64,000 bases of DNA. It comes from Emiliania huxleyi CCMP1516. Lineage: Eukaryota. Shown here piece by piece: positions 12,290-28,826 of the stretch. The stretch is taken from positions 146,881 through 210,880 of the forward strand of contig NW_005201360.1 in the NCBI RefSeq assembly GCF_000372725.1. The letters are read 5' to 3'. The translations under genes and the position numbers were made by a program. Each line of letters starts with the position of its first letter. Position 1 is the first letter of the stretch. The notes below the pieces were generated by a model. That model ran no database searches, was not told the origin of the DNA, and saw nothing but the letters and a program-made list of their open reading frames with translations.

Positions 12290-13219
12290 ATGGAGATGGC
12301 GGGGAGCACGGATGTGACTGCTCACCAAGGCCGAGGAACAAACAAGCACGACCAAAGGTCACTCAGACACGACTCACTGATGCTTGAGGGGCCTGATCTC
12401 GTCGGAAAGCGGGTGCGAGTCTACTGGCCAGACGACAAGAAGTGGTACTCTGGGCAGGCCAAGGCGTTTGACTCGGTGACGTTGGAGCACTTAGTGCGGT
12501 ACGACGACGGCGAGGAGCGGCAGGAGTGCCTGACAGGACTCGAGCCGTTGCAGTGGGAGCTGCTGCTCCCCGCGGTGGCGGCCGCGTCGAGTACACGGGC
12601 TGCCACAATGTTGCGCAGCGCGCCGCGCGAGGCGGACCCAGAGACGTTGGCGACGCGTCTCGCTGCCGCCGAAGGGCTGACGCTCGTGCCAGCGAACAAT
12701 GGGGTGGGATATCGTGGCGTGTCCATTCATCACGCGTCTGGAACGTTTCACGTGCGCAAGCGCAAGGACGGCAAGGATTACGAACTTGGCCACTTCTCGA
12801 GCGCTGCCGAAGCCGCTCTTGCTTATGCCCGTTTTCTCGGCCCGGCGGAGTCAGCCAAAGAGGCGGCCGCCGGGCCGGCTCGGAAGAGGAGGGCCGGGTC
12901 GGAGGACCACGGAGACTTTGGCGTCCCGCGGTGCAACGTGTCCGTCGAGGCCATCATTTGTGAGAGCGCCTCAGAGGACGAGGGCGACGAAGCCATCCGT
13001 GGTGCTGCCACCACCCTCGTCACGGCGGCGTCTGCGAACGGCGACATGGCGCCGATGTGCTCGCCGCCTGCGCAGGCACCCGGGGGAGGGGCTCTGAAGC
13101 GCAAGCGCAGCTTCCACAGCGAGGAGTTCGAGCTCGCTGCCGCCGGGGACACGATCTCCATCCCTGTGCCGCAGGCCATGCGCGGCCGACGGGCCACCGT
13201 CGTGGTGACGTATGAATGA
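12290..13219 (+). CDS. Tudor domain + AP2 DNA-binding domain protein, intronless
   Basis: LVGKRVRVYWPDDKKWYSGQAKAFDSVTLEHLVRYDDGEE is Tudor-like; GYRGVS..GTFHVRKRKDGKDYELGHFSSAAEAALAYAR is AP2; NLS-like LKRKR. Start could be 12380. Confidence 0.8.
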   Translation: MEMAGSTDVTAHQGRGTNKHDQRSLRHDSLMLEGPDLVGKRVRVYWPDDKKWYSGQAKAFDSVTLEHLVRYDDGEERQECLTGLEPLQWELLLPAVAAASSTRAATMLRSAPREADPETLATRLAAAEGLTLVPANNGVGYRGVSIHHASGTFHVRKRKDGKDYELGHFSSAAEAALAYARFLGPAESAKEAAAGPARKRRAGSEDHGDFGVPRCNVSVEAIICESASEDEGDEAIRGAATTLVTAASANGDMAPMCSPPAQAPGGGALKRKRSFHSEEFELAAAGDTISIPVPQAMRGRRATVVVTYE

Positions 13220-13513
13220 GAGAACTCGCGGCGTGGGCATCAACAAAAAGTCAGCGGAGGACACGACTCCTGTGTCCCCTGTGACACCTCTGTCACCTTA
13301 GTGTGATAGTCCTGTGACGGGTACGCGTAAAGCCGTATCAGGACCCGAGAATGGTGGGAGATCTATCAAAAGACGTGCGCTGATCACCGAGATGAGTGAT
13401 GTCGCCAGTCTGGAGTCTCCAAGCACCAAAGTCACAGTGTGATCAGTGTACTCCAACCCCCCTAAAAAGTCAGAGCACAGAAGCCGCCAAGCCTCTTACA
13501 GGATCTCGGAGTG

Positions 13514-18366
<4,853 letters not shown>

Positions 18367-18745
18367 ATACACACACACACATTGCTCCGAGGGGGATTTC
18401 CTGAGGCGCCGCACTGCTCGAAAAAAAGGGGGAAAAACCCGCCGCCGCGGCTTGCCGTCGTCGGAGATCTCCAGGGCAAGAATGCCCATTCACACCCGAC
18501 GCATCCAACCGCGCCTGTGAATAGCGTCTTGGAGCCCTTAAAAAAGAAAAGAATCGGCGGCGGGCTTTAAGCCCCATGCAACAATAAAATATAATATTCA
18601 ATGCTGCTTCTTTTGAGGCGAGATACAAAATCTCATTTTGTGTTCCTTAGAGTGTTGAGATGTTGTTGTGGTTTGATTACCACATGCCCACATGCCCATG
18701 GCAATTGCAACGGGAATAGGGCGATGTGTGAGAGACACGCAACTC

Positions 18746-19039
18746 AACAAAACGTTCGGCGGCGGCTTCTCGCCCACCGCCGTTCTCAAGCTGCGCCGCC
18801 TCGCGCGCAAAGTCGCGCGCGGCAGCGTTGACCGCACGGCCTACTCGCCCAAGTACTCGCTCTCTTTTATGTCCCACCATGCAGAGCGCATCTCTCTCTC
18901 TGTTGTGCGAGGCGTGAACCGCGCCATTCGCTCTCACCTGGCAACCCTGTCTGCACGTCTCGCGCGCGCGTGAACAGGGCTCCAGGCCCCAAATTACGTG
19001 TGAGTGTTAGAGTTGTTTGGTATTGCTAAAAATCTCTCT
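18746..19039 (+). mobile_element. 5'-truncated RLE-type (CRE-like) non-LTR retrotransposon 3' end with 8-bp TSD
   Basis: Encodes TFGGGFSPTAVLKLRRLARK..SFMSHHAERISLSVVRGVNRAI, resembling the C-terminus after the restriction-like endonuclease. Ends GAGTTGTTTGGTATTGCTAAAAATCTCTCT. TSD CGCAACTC at 18738-18745 and 19040-19047. Confidence 0.75.
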
Positions 19040-19260
19040 CGCAACTCCAGCCGCAGTCGCCAGTCGGAGATCACACACATGACACAAATCACACAAATAA
19101 AGCCCTGGTCTGGACGATTTTTTTGCGCCATCCCGCGCGTATCCCGCCATATCTCGCCGCGGATACCGTGAAAAAAATCGTTCAGACCCGGGATAAATAA
19201 ATAAAGACCCCGACCGCGTCGCCAGCCGCGTACGAAACCCATAAAAAGGTTTAACATATC

Positions 19261-20967
19261 CTACTTCGAGAAGAGCGCTCGCGCCGCTCGTGTTCCCTGC
19301 CGTGTCGTCGCAGGAGGAGTGACCGCCTGCGACCTGCCCCTCTTCGCAGGAGGAGTGGCGGCCTGCGCGGCCCGCCTCCTGAGCTGCGGCCGCTTCTTCC
19401 CACCGTGCGCGCTCTCCGCGGAGGCTCGCTTCGCGGGGGTGCGCCGCGCGTCGCCCGAGGGGGATGCCGCCGAGCCGCCCTCCTCCGCGGCGGCGCCTCG
19501 AGCCCCGTCGCCTCGCCCGACCCCGCCCACCTCCCACTCGTAGTCGGTGAAGTCGTCTCTCCACTGTCCGCCCGCCACGACCGGCCCGGAGCGGTGGAGG
19601 TGGGTGCCCTGCCCCTTCTCGTTGAGCCGGCGCCGCGCCGCCACAATCTCGCGCCGGTCCTCCTTGACGAGGAAGCAGACGCCGCGCCAGCTCACGGCGC
19701 CGCCGCCGCCGCCCGGGAGGAGGGGAGGCCCGCCGCGCACGCCCGGGTGCGCCGAGGCGCCGCCCCGCCGGGCGCCAGCTCGCTCGAACACGGCCCTCCC
19801 CAGCGGCTGCGCGAACGGGTTCCACCAGCCAGCCGCGCACTTGGGCCACGGCGCGGCGGCGAGCGCATCGTCGCGAGCGAAGGTGTCCGGCGGGAGGCGC
19901 ACCGCCGACGGGGTGCCGATGTAGCCCCACGAGTCGTACGTGCGCAGGTAGTGGGTGTTGTACTGAGCGGTCACCTATCTCGCTTCGTCTCGCGTCATCT
20001 CGCGTCATCTCGGGTGGTGGCCGCCGCGCTGAGCGGCCGCCTCGTCGCCGTGCGCGTACTGCGAGTGCAGCGCGACGAAGAAGGGCGCGTTGCCAGAGTC
20101 GAGCACGTCGGGGAAGGCGGCGGCAAAGGCTCGCCAGTGCTGCAGCGCCTCTCCGTCCTGCTCCGGGGCGAGGGTGAGCGCGAGCTGGCGCACCTCGAAC
20201 GTCGGCGGGGCGTGGGGGGTGGGCTCGTTGATTGCGCCGGCGGCGTAGGCGGCGCAGCCGTACACGGGGTGCGCGTTGACGATCATCACGGACGCGGCGT
20301 GGCGCCGGTACTCAAGCACGTGCGTCGCAAAGCTGCGGTCGGCGTGATGGTGGTCGGTGTGGCACTGCAGCACGGCAAAGATGTGCGGCGGGATGTGCAG
20401 CAGCACTGCGGCGTGCGCCTGGAGCAGGTAGACGACAGCCCGGTCTTTGCGCTCGATGGAGACGACGCCGCCGCCGCCCTCGGTGCGGTCGCAGAGCGGC
20501 ACCTGCACCACCTGCGTCTCGGGCGGCAGCGCCGCCGTCTTGAGGTGGCACGACTCGCCGGCAGCCACGCTCTCGAGGAAGATTCCGTTGAGCACAAACC
20601 GACACCCGGAGCCGCACGGCAGCGCAGAGAAGGGGACGACGTCAAAGGCCCCGTGCAGGATGCAGTTCAACGCTCGCGCCGAGAGGCTGTCCTCCACCTC
20701 GGTGGCACGGCCGACGAAGGGGAGCAGCACGGGGCGATCGAGGCGCGACCAGTCCACCGCGCCACCCTCACGCACCACCAACCCAAAGCCGTCGGGATCG
20801 ACGGCGGAGCGGGCGACAGACACCTCATCCCAGTCCCAGTCCCAGCACTCGGCGTCGTGTGCTGCTGGCGGCGTGTGCTGCTTCCCTCTATCTGCCTGCC
20901 TGCGCCGTGGGAAGACAAGGTCGAGCTTCCGGCTCGAGCCGTGTTGAAGCACGCTGACCACCGGCAT
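19261..20967 (-). CDS. Divergent SET-domain-like protein, 2 exons (GC-AG intron 19975-20040)
   Basis: AGAINEP resembles the SET RFINH motif; after splicing, FFVALHSQYAHGDE|VTAQYNTHY resembles the GEELTxDY motif. Confidence 0.55.
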
Positions 20968-21418
20968 CGTTCGCCGCCAGACAGCGGCGGCCCGATGGAC
21001 ACCCGAACAACACACAGTGCGAGATTTTTCTTTTTCCTTCGTCTCTCAAGCGGAAAAGGAAAGAAGGAGGCGGGGAAGATGATGGAATGGGTCTGGGGGA
21101 GTGAGCGGGTCTGGGGTGCCTGCCATCCCGTGTCGCGAGCGATCCGGCTCGGGTTCGAGTTCTGAGGCTGTCCATCGGTGGATCTGTCTTGTCCTCCCCG
21201 ACATGACACAGGATAACATCCCTTGTAGAAAGAAAAGAAAGAAAACCGACAGCCCAGCGAGGGAGGGGAGGACGGCACGCCACAGAGAGTGCGTTGTGTT
21301 CGTGCGGCGGGGCTCTCTCTTCGGACCAGTTCGGACGAGGACTCGGTCTCGCTGCCCAGTTCCGAGCGGGAGCCGGTGTTCGGCCACTCCGTCCAAGACA
21401 ATCTCGGGCAACAAGAGC

Positions 21419-22417
21419 ATGTGGTTGGCAATCGGCTCGTCGTCGCTGACGCCACCCACGCCGCAGCTTGCTCGAGTCGCCGGGCTGCGAGTCCTCGCTC
21501 AGTCACCCGCGGTGCTCGTGGTCGACAAGCCGAGCGGTCTTAGATCCACGCCCGCCTTTGTGGGCGGCACCGCCGGAAGCACCCGGAAAAAGCGCTGGTG
21601 TGCCGCCGCCTCGACGCTGCTCGAGCTCCCGCCGCGCCTGCGCTCGCACGCTGCGATTCTGCCGCGGACGCGCGACAAGTTTGTGCGCTTTGCAGTCAGC
21701 CGCGCTGGGCTTGGCGAGAGCGAGGCGGCGGTGGCGTGGCAGGCGCTGGTCCGCGCAAACGAGGAACAGGACGCGCGGGACGGCGTGACGGAGGTCGACT
21801 CGGTCCTACGCCGCGTCCGCGCAGCGAGCGGCGGGTTTGCTCAAGCGCGGCTGGTCCATCGGCTGGACGCGTCCACCTCTGGCGTCCTCGCGCTGGCACT
21901 CGACGCGCCCTCCGCCGCGGCGCTGTCGCAGCAGTGGCGAGACCGATCCGTGAGCAAGCGGTACGAAGCGGTCGTCGCCGGCGCCCTGCCCGACGGCTCT
22001 GGCGAGGTCTGCCTCGCCCTCTCCCGCTGCGCCGTCGCAGACCGGTTGGGCCTCACACGTATGGTGCCTGCTCGCGATGGCTTGCCCTGTCGCACCACGT
22101 ACACCGTGACACGCCGGCACGCGAACGGAGCTGGCGCTTGGGCCGGTGGCAGTGGCAGTGGCAGAGATGACGACGACCGTGGTTCCGCCGGTTTCACCAC
22201 CACCGTCGAGCTAACGCCGCACACGGGTCGCCTCCACCAGCTGCGGGCTCACATGGCGGCCATCGGCCACCCGATCCTTGGCGACGACATATACTCCGGC
22301 CCGGCTGCGACGCGCCTCTGCCTACACGCAAAGAGCCTCGCCTTTGTCGAGCCGGCATCAGGGCAAACATGGCGCGTGGACAGCCACTGTGACGACTGGG
22401 GCGCCGCGATAACATAA
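21419..22417 (+). CDS. RluA-family RNA pseudouridine synthase
   Basis: VVDKPSG, catalytic VHRLDASTSG, KRYEAVV, LTPHTGRLHQLRAHMAAIGHPILGDDIY, RLCLHA. Start codon uncertain. Confidence 0.92.
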   Translation: MWLAIGSSSLTPPTPQLARVAGLRVLAQSPAVLVVDKPSGLRSTPAFVGGTAGSTRKKRWCAAASTLLELPPRLRSHAAILPRTRDKFVRFAVSRAGLGESEAAVAWQALVRANEEQDARDGVTEVDSVLRRVRAASGGFAQARLVHRLDASTSGVLALALDAPSAAALSQQWRDRSVSKRYEAVVAGALPDGSGEVCLALSRCAVADRLGLTRMVPARDGLPCRTTYTVTRRHANGAGAWAGGSGSGRDDDDRGSAGFTTTVELTPHTGRLHQLRAHMAAIGHPILGDDIYSGPAATRLCLHAKSLAFVEPASGQTWRVDSHCDDWGAAIT

Positions 22418-22546
22418 GGCCTAAAGCGCCGAACATTGATCAGCCATTTGATGAAAAGCGGAGCGCAGCACGCCCATGCCCCCCTCTCTTCCACACTCAC
22501 ACGATTTACGCCAATGTAACACAATACGTACACGCTAGAGGAGATT

Positions 22547-25500
22547 TTACTCATGACGCTCGACCGCTCCTCGCGCCAACGCGAAGACGCAGATCGCAGC
22601 ATAGAGGCCGACCGCCGCGACTCGCAGCGCGCCTGCCCACCCTGGCGCACAGAGCTGCCGGGAGCCAGCCTCCCGCAGGCGGAGCAGTCGGCTCGCACCG
22701 GCGCCGCCGCCCCCGCGGCACCGGGTCGGCGAGGGGTCGGCGAGCAGCGGCAAGCTCTCCTCGTCGCACTCGCCGCACATGAGTGGCGCCGCCCCCGCCC
22801 CCTCCTCCCGACCGGCATGGCCCGAGTCGCGCGCCGTCCACGGCAGAGCCCACAGCTCCGCGCCGGAGAGGCGGTCGTCGGGCGAGACGCAGAGCGTGCC
22901 TGTCCACAGAGTGAGACGCGTCAACACGCGCCGGGCACCGAGGAGGGTCGTCGTCGGGTGCAACGTGCCGTGGACAATCTCGACAACCTCCCGCGCCACT
23001 CCGTGGGGGAGCGGCGCGTACCTGAAGGGAATGAGTCACTCCGTGCTCGCACCTCCCCGCGCTCTTCCGTGTCGGGCGGCGGCGCGGCACCGTCCGGCGG
23101 CGGCCGCAGCGATGAGCTGGTCGAGCGAGGCGGAGGGGAAGGGGAGCGCACCGCAGGCCATCTCGTACCTGCGCACGCGCCGGCGGGTGAAGAGGCGCCG
23201 GTCACGGGAGGGAGGGCACGCCGCACGCCCTCGCACAGGAGAACGCCGAGCGACCAGACGTCGCTCGCGGGGCCGAGGGCGCGCCGCCCGTCGACCGAAT
23301 CGCGGCAGTAGCCGGTCAGCCGCTCCTACAGGACGGCCTCGAGACCTCGGGGCTCCACGGGAGAGGGGCGGCGGCAGCCGGCCAGCCGCTCCGGAGGTGC
23401 GTACGCCGGTGTGCCGACGCAGCACTCCTCTGGCCTGCGGCGGGAGGGCGGCGGGAGGGCGGCGGGAGGGCGGCGGGAGGGCGGCGGGAGGGCGGCGGGT
23501 GAGGCGTCGGGCACAGCCCTCCTCCGGCGGAGTCCGCTCTCGCCTCGCTCCGACGCTGCGCGCGAGGCCCCAGTCGGTGAGGACCGCCCGGTCGAGCCGC
23601 GCGGAGAGGCGCACCTGTTCACACCTGCAGCTGTGAAGAGACGCCCTCTCCGCGGCCGCGCGCCGCGCAGAGAGGGTGCGCGTTTGCGGGCTTGAGGTCG
23701 CAGTGCACGAAGCCGCGACCGTGCGCGTGTCGCAAGCCGGCGAGGAGGTCGCGAAAGACGAGCCGGGTGGTGTGGAGCGGCAGCCTGCCCCCGGGCGCGC
23801 GCTGCAGCAGCTGGGTGAGCTCGGGCCCGCCAACCTCCTCCATCACGATGTAGTGCGCGTCGACCACCTCAATCACGTCCACCACCCGCACCTGAACGGG
23901 CACGGCCATGTCAATCACGTGTGTCCGCGGCGCGCGCCATCGCCCTCCCCCTCCACCCCCTCCCACCCACGCGCACCACGTTCCCGTGCCGCAGCTGCGT
24001 GAGCACGTGCACCTCCCACGCGATCTCCGCCTCGCTCGGCGCACAGCCGCCACCCGCGCCGCCGCCGCCGCCGCCGCCGCTGCGGCCGCCGCCGCCGCCG
24101 CGCTTGATCACCTTGACCGCCAGCCCCATTCGCCCCTCGTGCTCCGCCAGCCCCATCCGCCCGGGCGAGCCCACTTGCTCGCCGCCGGCCGCCGCCCTCT
24201 CTCCGCCGGCGGAGCTGCTGCCCGCGCTGTCCCCCGGCTCGGCCCCCGGCTCGGCGCGCACGACGATGGACGTGCCGCCCTCGCCGATGGTGTCTCCTAC
24301 AGGGAGGCGCGAGGACGAGGCTCCGAGAAGGCTCGGACACGCTCCACTGCCCGGCCGGCTGCGGGGTCGCCCAGATCGAGCACGCTCCTCGCCTCGCCCC
24401 TCGCCTCGCCGCTCCACTCGCTGGTCCGGACGGCGGCGAGCATCGCCGCGGCGCGCAGCCTCCACTCCTTTCGCACCGCCAACGAGCCGAGCGGCGCCGC
24501 GAGCGAAGCGACCGTCTGGTCGGAAAACCACTCGAGCTCGCCCGCTGTCTCGTACCGCAGCCGCCCCTGCGAGGCGGGGGAGTGGAGGGTGGAGGCGGCG
24601 ACGTGCAAGGAGAGGAGCACCGTGAGGAGGCGCGAGAGAGCAGCCACGCCTGCGAGGCCAGCTCCTGCATCGCGTCGGCCAGCGTGCAGTACGGCGCGCG
24701 CGCGAGGAGACTCTTGAGCACGTCGAAGAGCGCCAGCCGGATCAGGTACGCGCCTGCCTCGAGCGCGTCGAAGGCGCCGAGCTTGCCTGGCGTGTGCGAC
24801 GTGGATGCGTGAGATGGTGAGATGGTCCTGGACGCGTCCAGCGCCGAAGGCGCCGAGAGCGCACCTCCGATCCGAGCGACGCGGCCGTCGGAGCCCTTGA
24901 GCGCCTTGACGAGCGAGTGGCAATGTACGCCGTTCTTGCAGTGGATCGAGCAGTGCTCCTCGCTCGCCCAGCGGCACAGGTCCGGGTCGTCATCGATGAG
25001 GACCGTCGCGACCGTCCCCTCAGTCGCGGGCACGTTTGCGAGCCGCCACAGCAGGCGGCTGTCGTAGAGGTGGTCCGACATGACGACGAGGAGGGGCTCG
25101 TGTGGCGCAAACATGGACCGCGCGGTCAGCATGTTTGACGCATGGCCTCGCTTCCACGAACTTTCCTTGAGCACAACAAACTCGACCCGCATGGAGCCGA
25201 AGCAGCGACGGCCGAGCTCCGCACGGAGCTTGTGTGCCGCGTTGCCGAGAGTGACGACGACCCTCTCGATGCCCGCCACCTGCAGCCCCAGCAGCAGGTG
25301 GACTATCACCGACGTGCCGTCCACTCGGATGAGCTGCTTCGGATTTGCGTACGAGTCCAGCGTCGACAGGCGTGCCGCGGCCGGCACGAGCGCCTGTCGG
25401 ACCCGCGGCGCGCGGCGAGCGGACATCGGCGGAGAGCTGGCTGGCGCCGGCTGCTGCAGCGGCGTCGGCTGCAGCGGCGTCGGCTGCAGCGGCGTCGGCT

Positions 25501-25612
25501 GATCGGCCGGCGGCAGCTGCGGCGGCGGCGGCAGCTGCGGCGGCGGCGGCTGCAGCGGCGGCGGCGGCTGCAGCGTTGAACGCAGCGGCCTTTCAGTCGG
25601 TGATGGTTCCAC
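22547..25612 (-). CDS. Sugar/inositol-phosphate nucleotidyltransferase-like domain fused to a CAMK/SNF1-like Ser/Thr kinase, multi-exon
   Basis: NTase: ALVPAAAR..NPKQLIRVDG..AGIERVVVTLG, LLVVMSDHLYD, DALEAGAY. Kinase: IGEGG, LAVKVI, LRHGNVVRV, VHCDLKPAN, LTDWGLA, GTPAYAPPE, DVWSLGVLLYEM. First in-frame ATG is 25426; the fusion junction is inferred. Confidence 0.7.
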
Positions 25613-25658
25613 TTCCTTCGAAGAAGCGTGTTTCTTTCGGACCCCCCCCCCCCCGGGA

Positions 25659-25972
25659 GGGCGCGGGTTGTGGCGCGGCCGAGAGGAAGCGGAAGGGAGG
25701 GTGGGGCTGAGGGGGGCGGTGGAGGATCCGCAGCGATCGACGGCTGCGACCCGCCCTCACGCGTGCGGCGCAGGCAGCCTCACCATTTGCTGCTGCGAAG
25801 ACGCGAGCCAGCAAAAGAGAAACCGGTGTGAGCCACCTCGGGAGGTGTGCACGGTGGTGGGCTAGCGCTCGCTGTCCGCCGCTAACATACCACGTACGAC
25901 TGTGGACTGTGAGGTGGAGATTTGGGCTCGGAAGCGAGGGCAGATGCGATTGGCACCCGACTGCGAGAGTCT
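25659..25972 (-). repeat. Inverted copy of the RPL24 5' region (upstream sequence, ATG exon, start of intron 1)
   Basis: Reverse complement of 29152-29467, near-identical over ~315 bp. Confidence 0.95.
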
Positions 25973-26612
25973 CGACTAGAGCCTCGTCAGTGCGTGGGCC
26001 GGCTTCAGAGTGTGGGTGAAGGCGACGAGCGACGTGCCGAGCAGCCAAACCTAGAGCCAAACAAAAGTACTTATTGCTCTGGTACACTGGCTGCGGCCCA
26101 GCTCGGCGAGGGCCCGAGGCCCCGCAATGTCCAATGAGGCAAAGACGACGAGGCCAAGTCTCTATCCATTTGACACCCACCTCTCTCACGGGCACGACAC
26201 GGGCGGGTGTGGACTGACTGGGCGCACACTAGCACAGGCATCAGTACACACATGCAATAAGAAAAAATGTTGAAGAATGAAGAAAACTTCCCCTTTTTGA
26301 ATTCACGCAATATATTAATTGAGAAGAAAATACCTCCCATGGCGCTTCACACATCATTTTCAGTGAACGTACTTTTAGCTTACTGGGAGAAAAGGGAGAA
26401 GGGGGTTGTGTTCTCTAGGCCCCTTTATTTAAGGGCCCTACGCGCGGCGTGAGAGCTCGGAAGCGAGCTTTGCACGGCGATCGAGGAGGGGAGGATGGCT
26501 CTCTCTCTCTCAGTGTATGTGGCTCTTACGTACATTCCCAAAGGTGGACATTTTTAAGATCGCGTACTCGTACGTTCATTCACTTCCATTCGTTACGCGC
26601 GGCGCGATCCAC

Positions 26613-28826
26613 ATGGACGCCTTTTGGTCGGGCATCGCCAGCTCCACGCGCGTGCGCGGCGGCGAAGGCGCGGCGGGAGATGGGCGACGCCCGGCCTCCG
26701 CGCCTCTGGACGCCCAGTCGGAGCCCGATTCTAGCGACTCGGACGAGGACGGCTTCGATCCCGACTTTGCCGCGTCGACGGGCGTGCGGAGGTACCTCGA
26801 GGCGTGTCAGCGCGAGGGCGTTGTGCCGGTGCAGCAGCTCGTCGCGACGCTCGACCAGGAGAGCGTCTTCCTGGCCCACCGCGGCATCGGCCCGAGGGGC
26901 GGCCGACCCCTGTTCGAGTGCCTGCTCCAGAACCGCCACATCACCGCGCTCGACATCAGCGACAACGCGCTCGGTGGGAGGACGGGCAGCGGTACGTGCA
27001 TCGCCAGCCTGTGCGAGGCCCTCCGCGCCTCGAAACAGCTCGCCAGTCTCGACCTCGGCCACAACCGGCTCGGCGCCAAGGGCTGTGAAGCGGTAGCCGC
27101 CGCCGTCGCGGGCGCTGTATCGCTGACCGACCTCTCCATCCGCGGCAACGCGGTTGGCGATCGAGGCGCGCAGGCGCTCGTTCAGGCAATCCGCCCGCCC
27201 GCAAAGCTCGAGAGCCTCGACCTCAGCGACAACGGCCTCGGCGACGCAGCCGCGCCGGCGCTGGCAGACTTGTTGCTCGCAACGACGCCGCTGCGGATGC
27301 TCGACGTGTCGTGGAATGCGTTCGGCCCAGGTGGGGCCGTGGTGGTGGCCGAGGCGCTGCAGACATCTTCCCTCTCTCGCTTCAGCCTCGCATGGAACGG
27401 GATTGGCGATCGCGGCGCCGTGGCGCTCGGCCAAGCTCTGTCTGTCAACGCTTCTCTCGAGTTCCTAGACGCGTCGTCCAATCGCGTCGGCACGAGCGGC
27501 GCGGTGGCGATCGCCGAGTCGCTGGGCAGTAACACGTCGCTCCGCTCCCTTCAGCTCAACGGCAACCCGCTCGGCGAGGAGGGTGCGCTCGCGTTGGTCG
27601 AGGCCATCGGCCGCACTACCTCTGTGCGCGACCTCGGGCTCAAGGACTCGCTCACCGTCGCGCTCACGAGCAAGCGGCACTGCAAGGCGAGCAAGTCGGG
27701 GACGGGCATCTTCGACCCGCTCAACCCGACCGGCTCGTACGGGCTCGATCTCGCCGCGCCGCCCGACCGCGAGGTACTGGAGCGACTGCTCGAGGCGGAC
27801 CGCATGGACGAGGCCTCCGGCATCGACAACTTTCGGAATGTCGTGTACGAGGGCCGGGCCGTCGGCTTCCCCGACGGGGAGGACATCCAAGACTGGCCGA
27901 TTCCCGAGCGCGGCGTGCTCACCTTTGACTACGTCTCGGGCAAGAAGCTCCCGGGTGGCGCGCATCCGATACGCGAGGAGGCCCTCACCTCCTTTTTGCG
28001 CTCCTTCAGCAGCCCGGCGCTCTCCGAGCCAACCAAGCTGACCATGCTGCGCACAGCGGCGACCACACACTACTACCGCGCGGCGCAAGCGCGGCGCATC
28101 ATCTCCCATCTCTCCTTCCCGCGGCGCGCGGACGCCGCCGTGATGCTCTTCCGGCGCATCGTCGACCTGGGATGCTTTGTGGACGAGGTGTACAGGCCGC
28201 TGACAACGGTGGAGAAGAGGGCGCTGAGGGAGCGCTTGGGGGAGGCGCTTGCACCGCTGCTGCCGCCCGAGGAGGAGCAGGCCGAGCTGCTGGCATCGGA
28301 GGCGGCCGAGGTGGCCGCATGCGACGAGGCGCCCAAGCGGCGGGCCGAACCGCCATGCGCAGTCGAGGCGCCATCCACCCTCGAAGAGGCACGGCAGGAG
28401 CACGCGGATCCTCACCCGAGCGGAACGGATGCAGCAGACGAGGAGCACGCCGATGTCGGGCAGGGGGCGGCTGAGTCGCCAAAGACCGAGGAGGAGCCGC
28501 CGCCGGCAGCGCCAGCGTCAAGGGCAGCCGAGACGCCCGAGATGCCGTCGGGCGATGGGGAGCAGGAGGAGGCCGATCTGACGTCGCCAGAGGCGCTGGA
28601 GGGGGGAGAGGTGGGAGCGGCCATTGCGCCGGCGGCGGGGCCAGCGGGGGCAGCGTCAAGCATGCCGTCGAGGCAAGGCGACGACGAGCAGACGAGGCTA
28701 AGCGACGATGATGAAGTTGAGGACATCTCACCGCCGCAGCCGCTGCTGGGCGACACTGCCGCCGTGCCGCGACCGAGCTCAACGTCATCCAAAGGGGTGG
28801 GTCCCTTTTCCGAGCGAGATGGGTAA
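26613..28826 (+). CDS. RNI-like leucine-rich repeat protein, intronless
   Basis: 28-29-aa repeats LxxLDLxxNxLGxxGAxxLAxAL, followed by NPTGSYGLDL and an acidic low-complexity tail. Confidence 0.9.
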   Translation: MDAFWSGIASSTRVRGGEGAAGDGRRPASAPLDAQSEPDSSDSDEDGFDPDFAASTGVRRYLEACQREGVVPVQQLVATLDQESVFLAHRGIGPRGGRPLFECLLQNRHITALDISDNALGGRTGSGTCIASLCEALRASKQLASLDLGHNRLGAKGCEAVAAAVAGAVSLTDLSIRGNAVGDRGAQALVQAIRPPAKLESLDLSDNGLGDAAAPALADLLLATTPLRMLDVSWNAFGPGGAVVVAEALQTSSLSRFSLAWNGIGDRGAVALGQALSVNASLEFLDASSNRVGTSGAVAIAESLGSNTSLRSLQLNGNPLGEEGALALVEAIGRTTSVRDLGLKDSLTVALTSKRHCKASKSGTGIFDPLNPTGSYGLDLAAPPDREVLERLLEADRMDEASGIDNFRNVVYEGRAVGFPDGEDIQDWPIPERGVLTFDYVSGKKLPGGAHPIREEALTSFLRSFSSPALSEPTKLTMLRTAATTHYYRAAQARRIISHLSFPRRADAAVMLFRRIVDLGCFVDEVYRPLTTVEKRALRERLGEALAPLLPPEEEQAELLASEAAEVAACDEAPKRRAEPPCAVEAPSTLEEARQEHADPHPSGTDAADEEHADVGQGAAESPKTEEEPPPAAPASRAAETPEMPSGDGEQEEADLTSPEALEGGEVGAAIAPAAGPAGAASSMPSRQGDDEQTRLSDDDEVEDISPPQPLLGDTAAVPRPSSTSSKGVGPFSERDG

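Noticed and set aside
12179..12411. Segment missing in copy 1 as a spliced intron (retrocopy)
   Set aside because: GC..AG splicing would give TTAGGCGGGTG but copy 1 reads TTAGGGGGTG, and the duplication includes intergenic DNA and the neighbouring gene.
19405..21165. 586-aa plus-strand ORF and the many similar Arg/Ala/Pro-rich ORFs
   Set aside because: Antisense or off-frame shadows of real genes caused by high GC; no domain signal.
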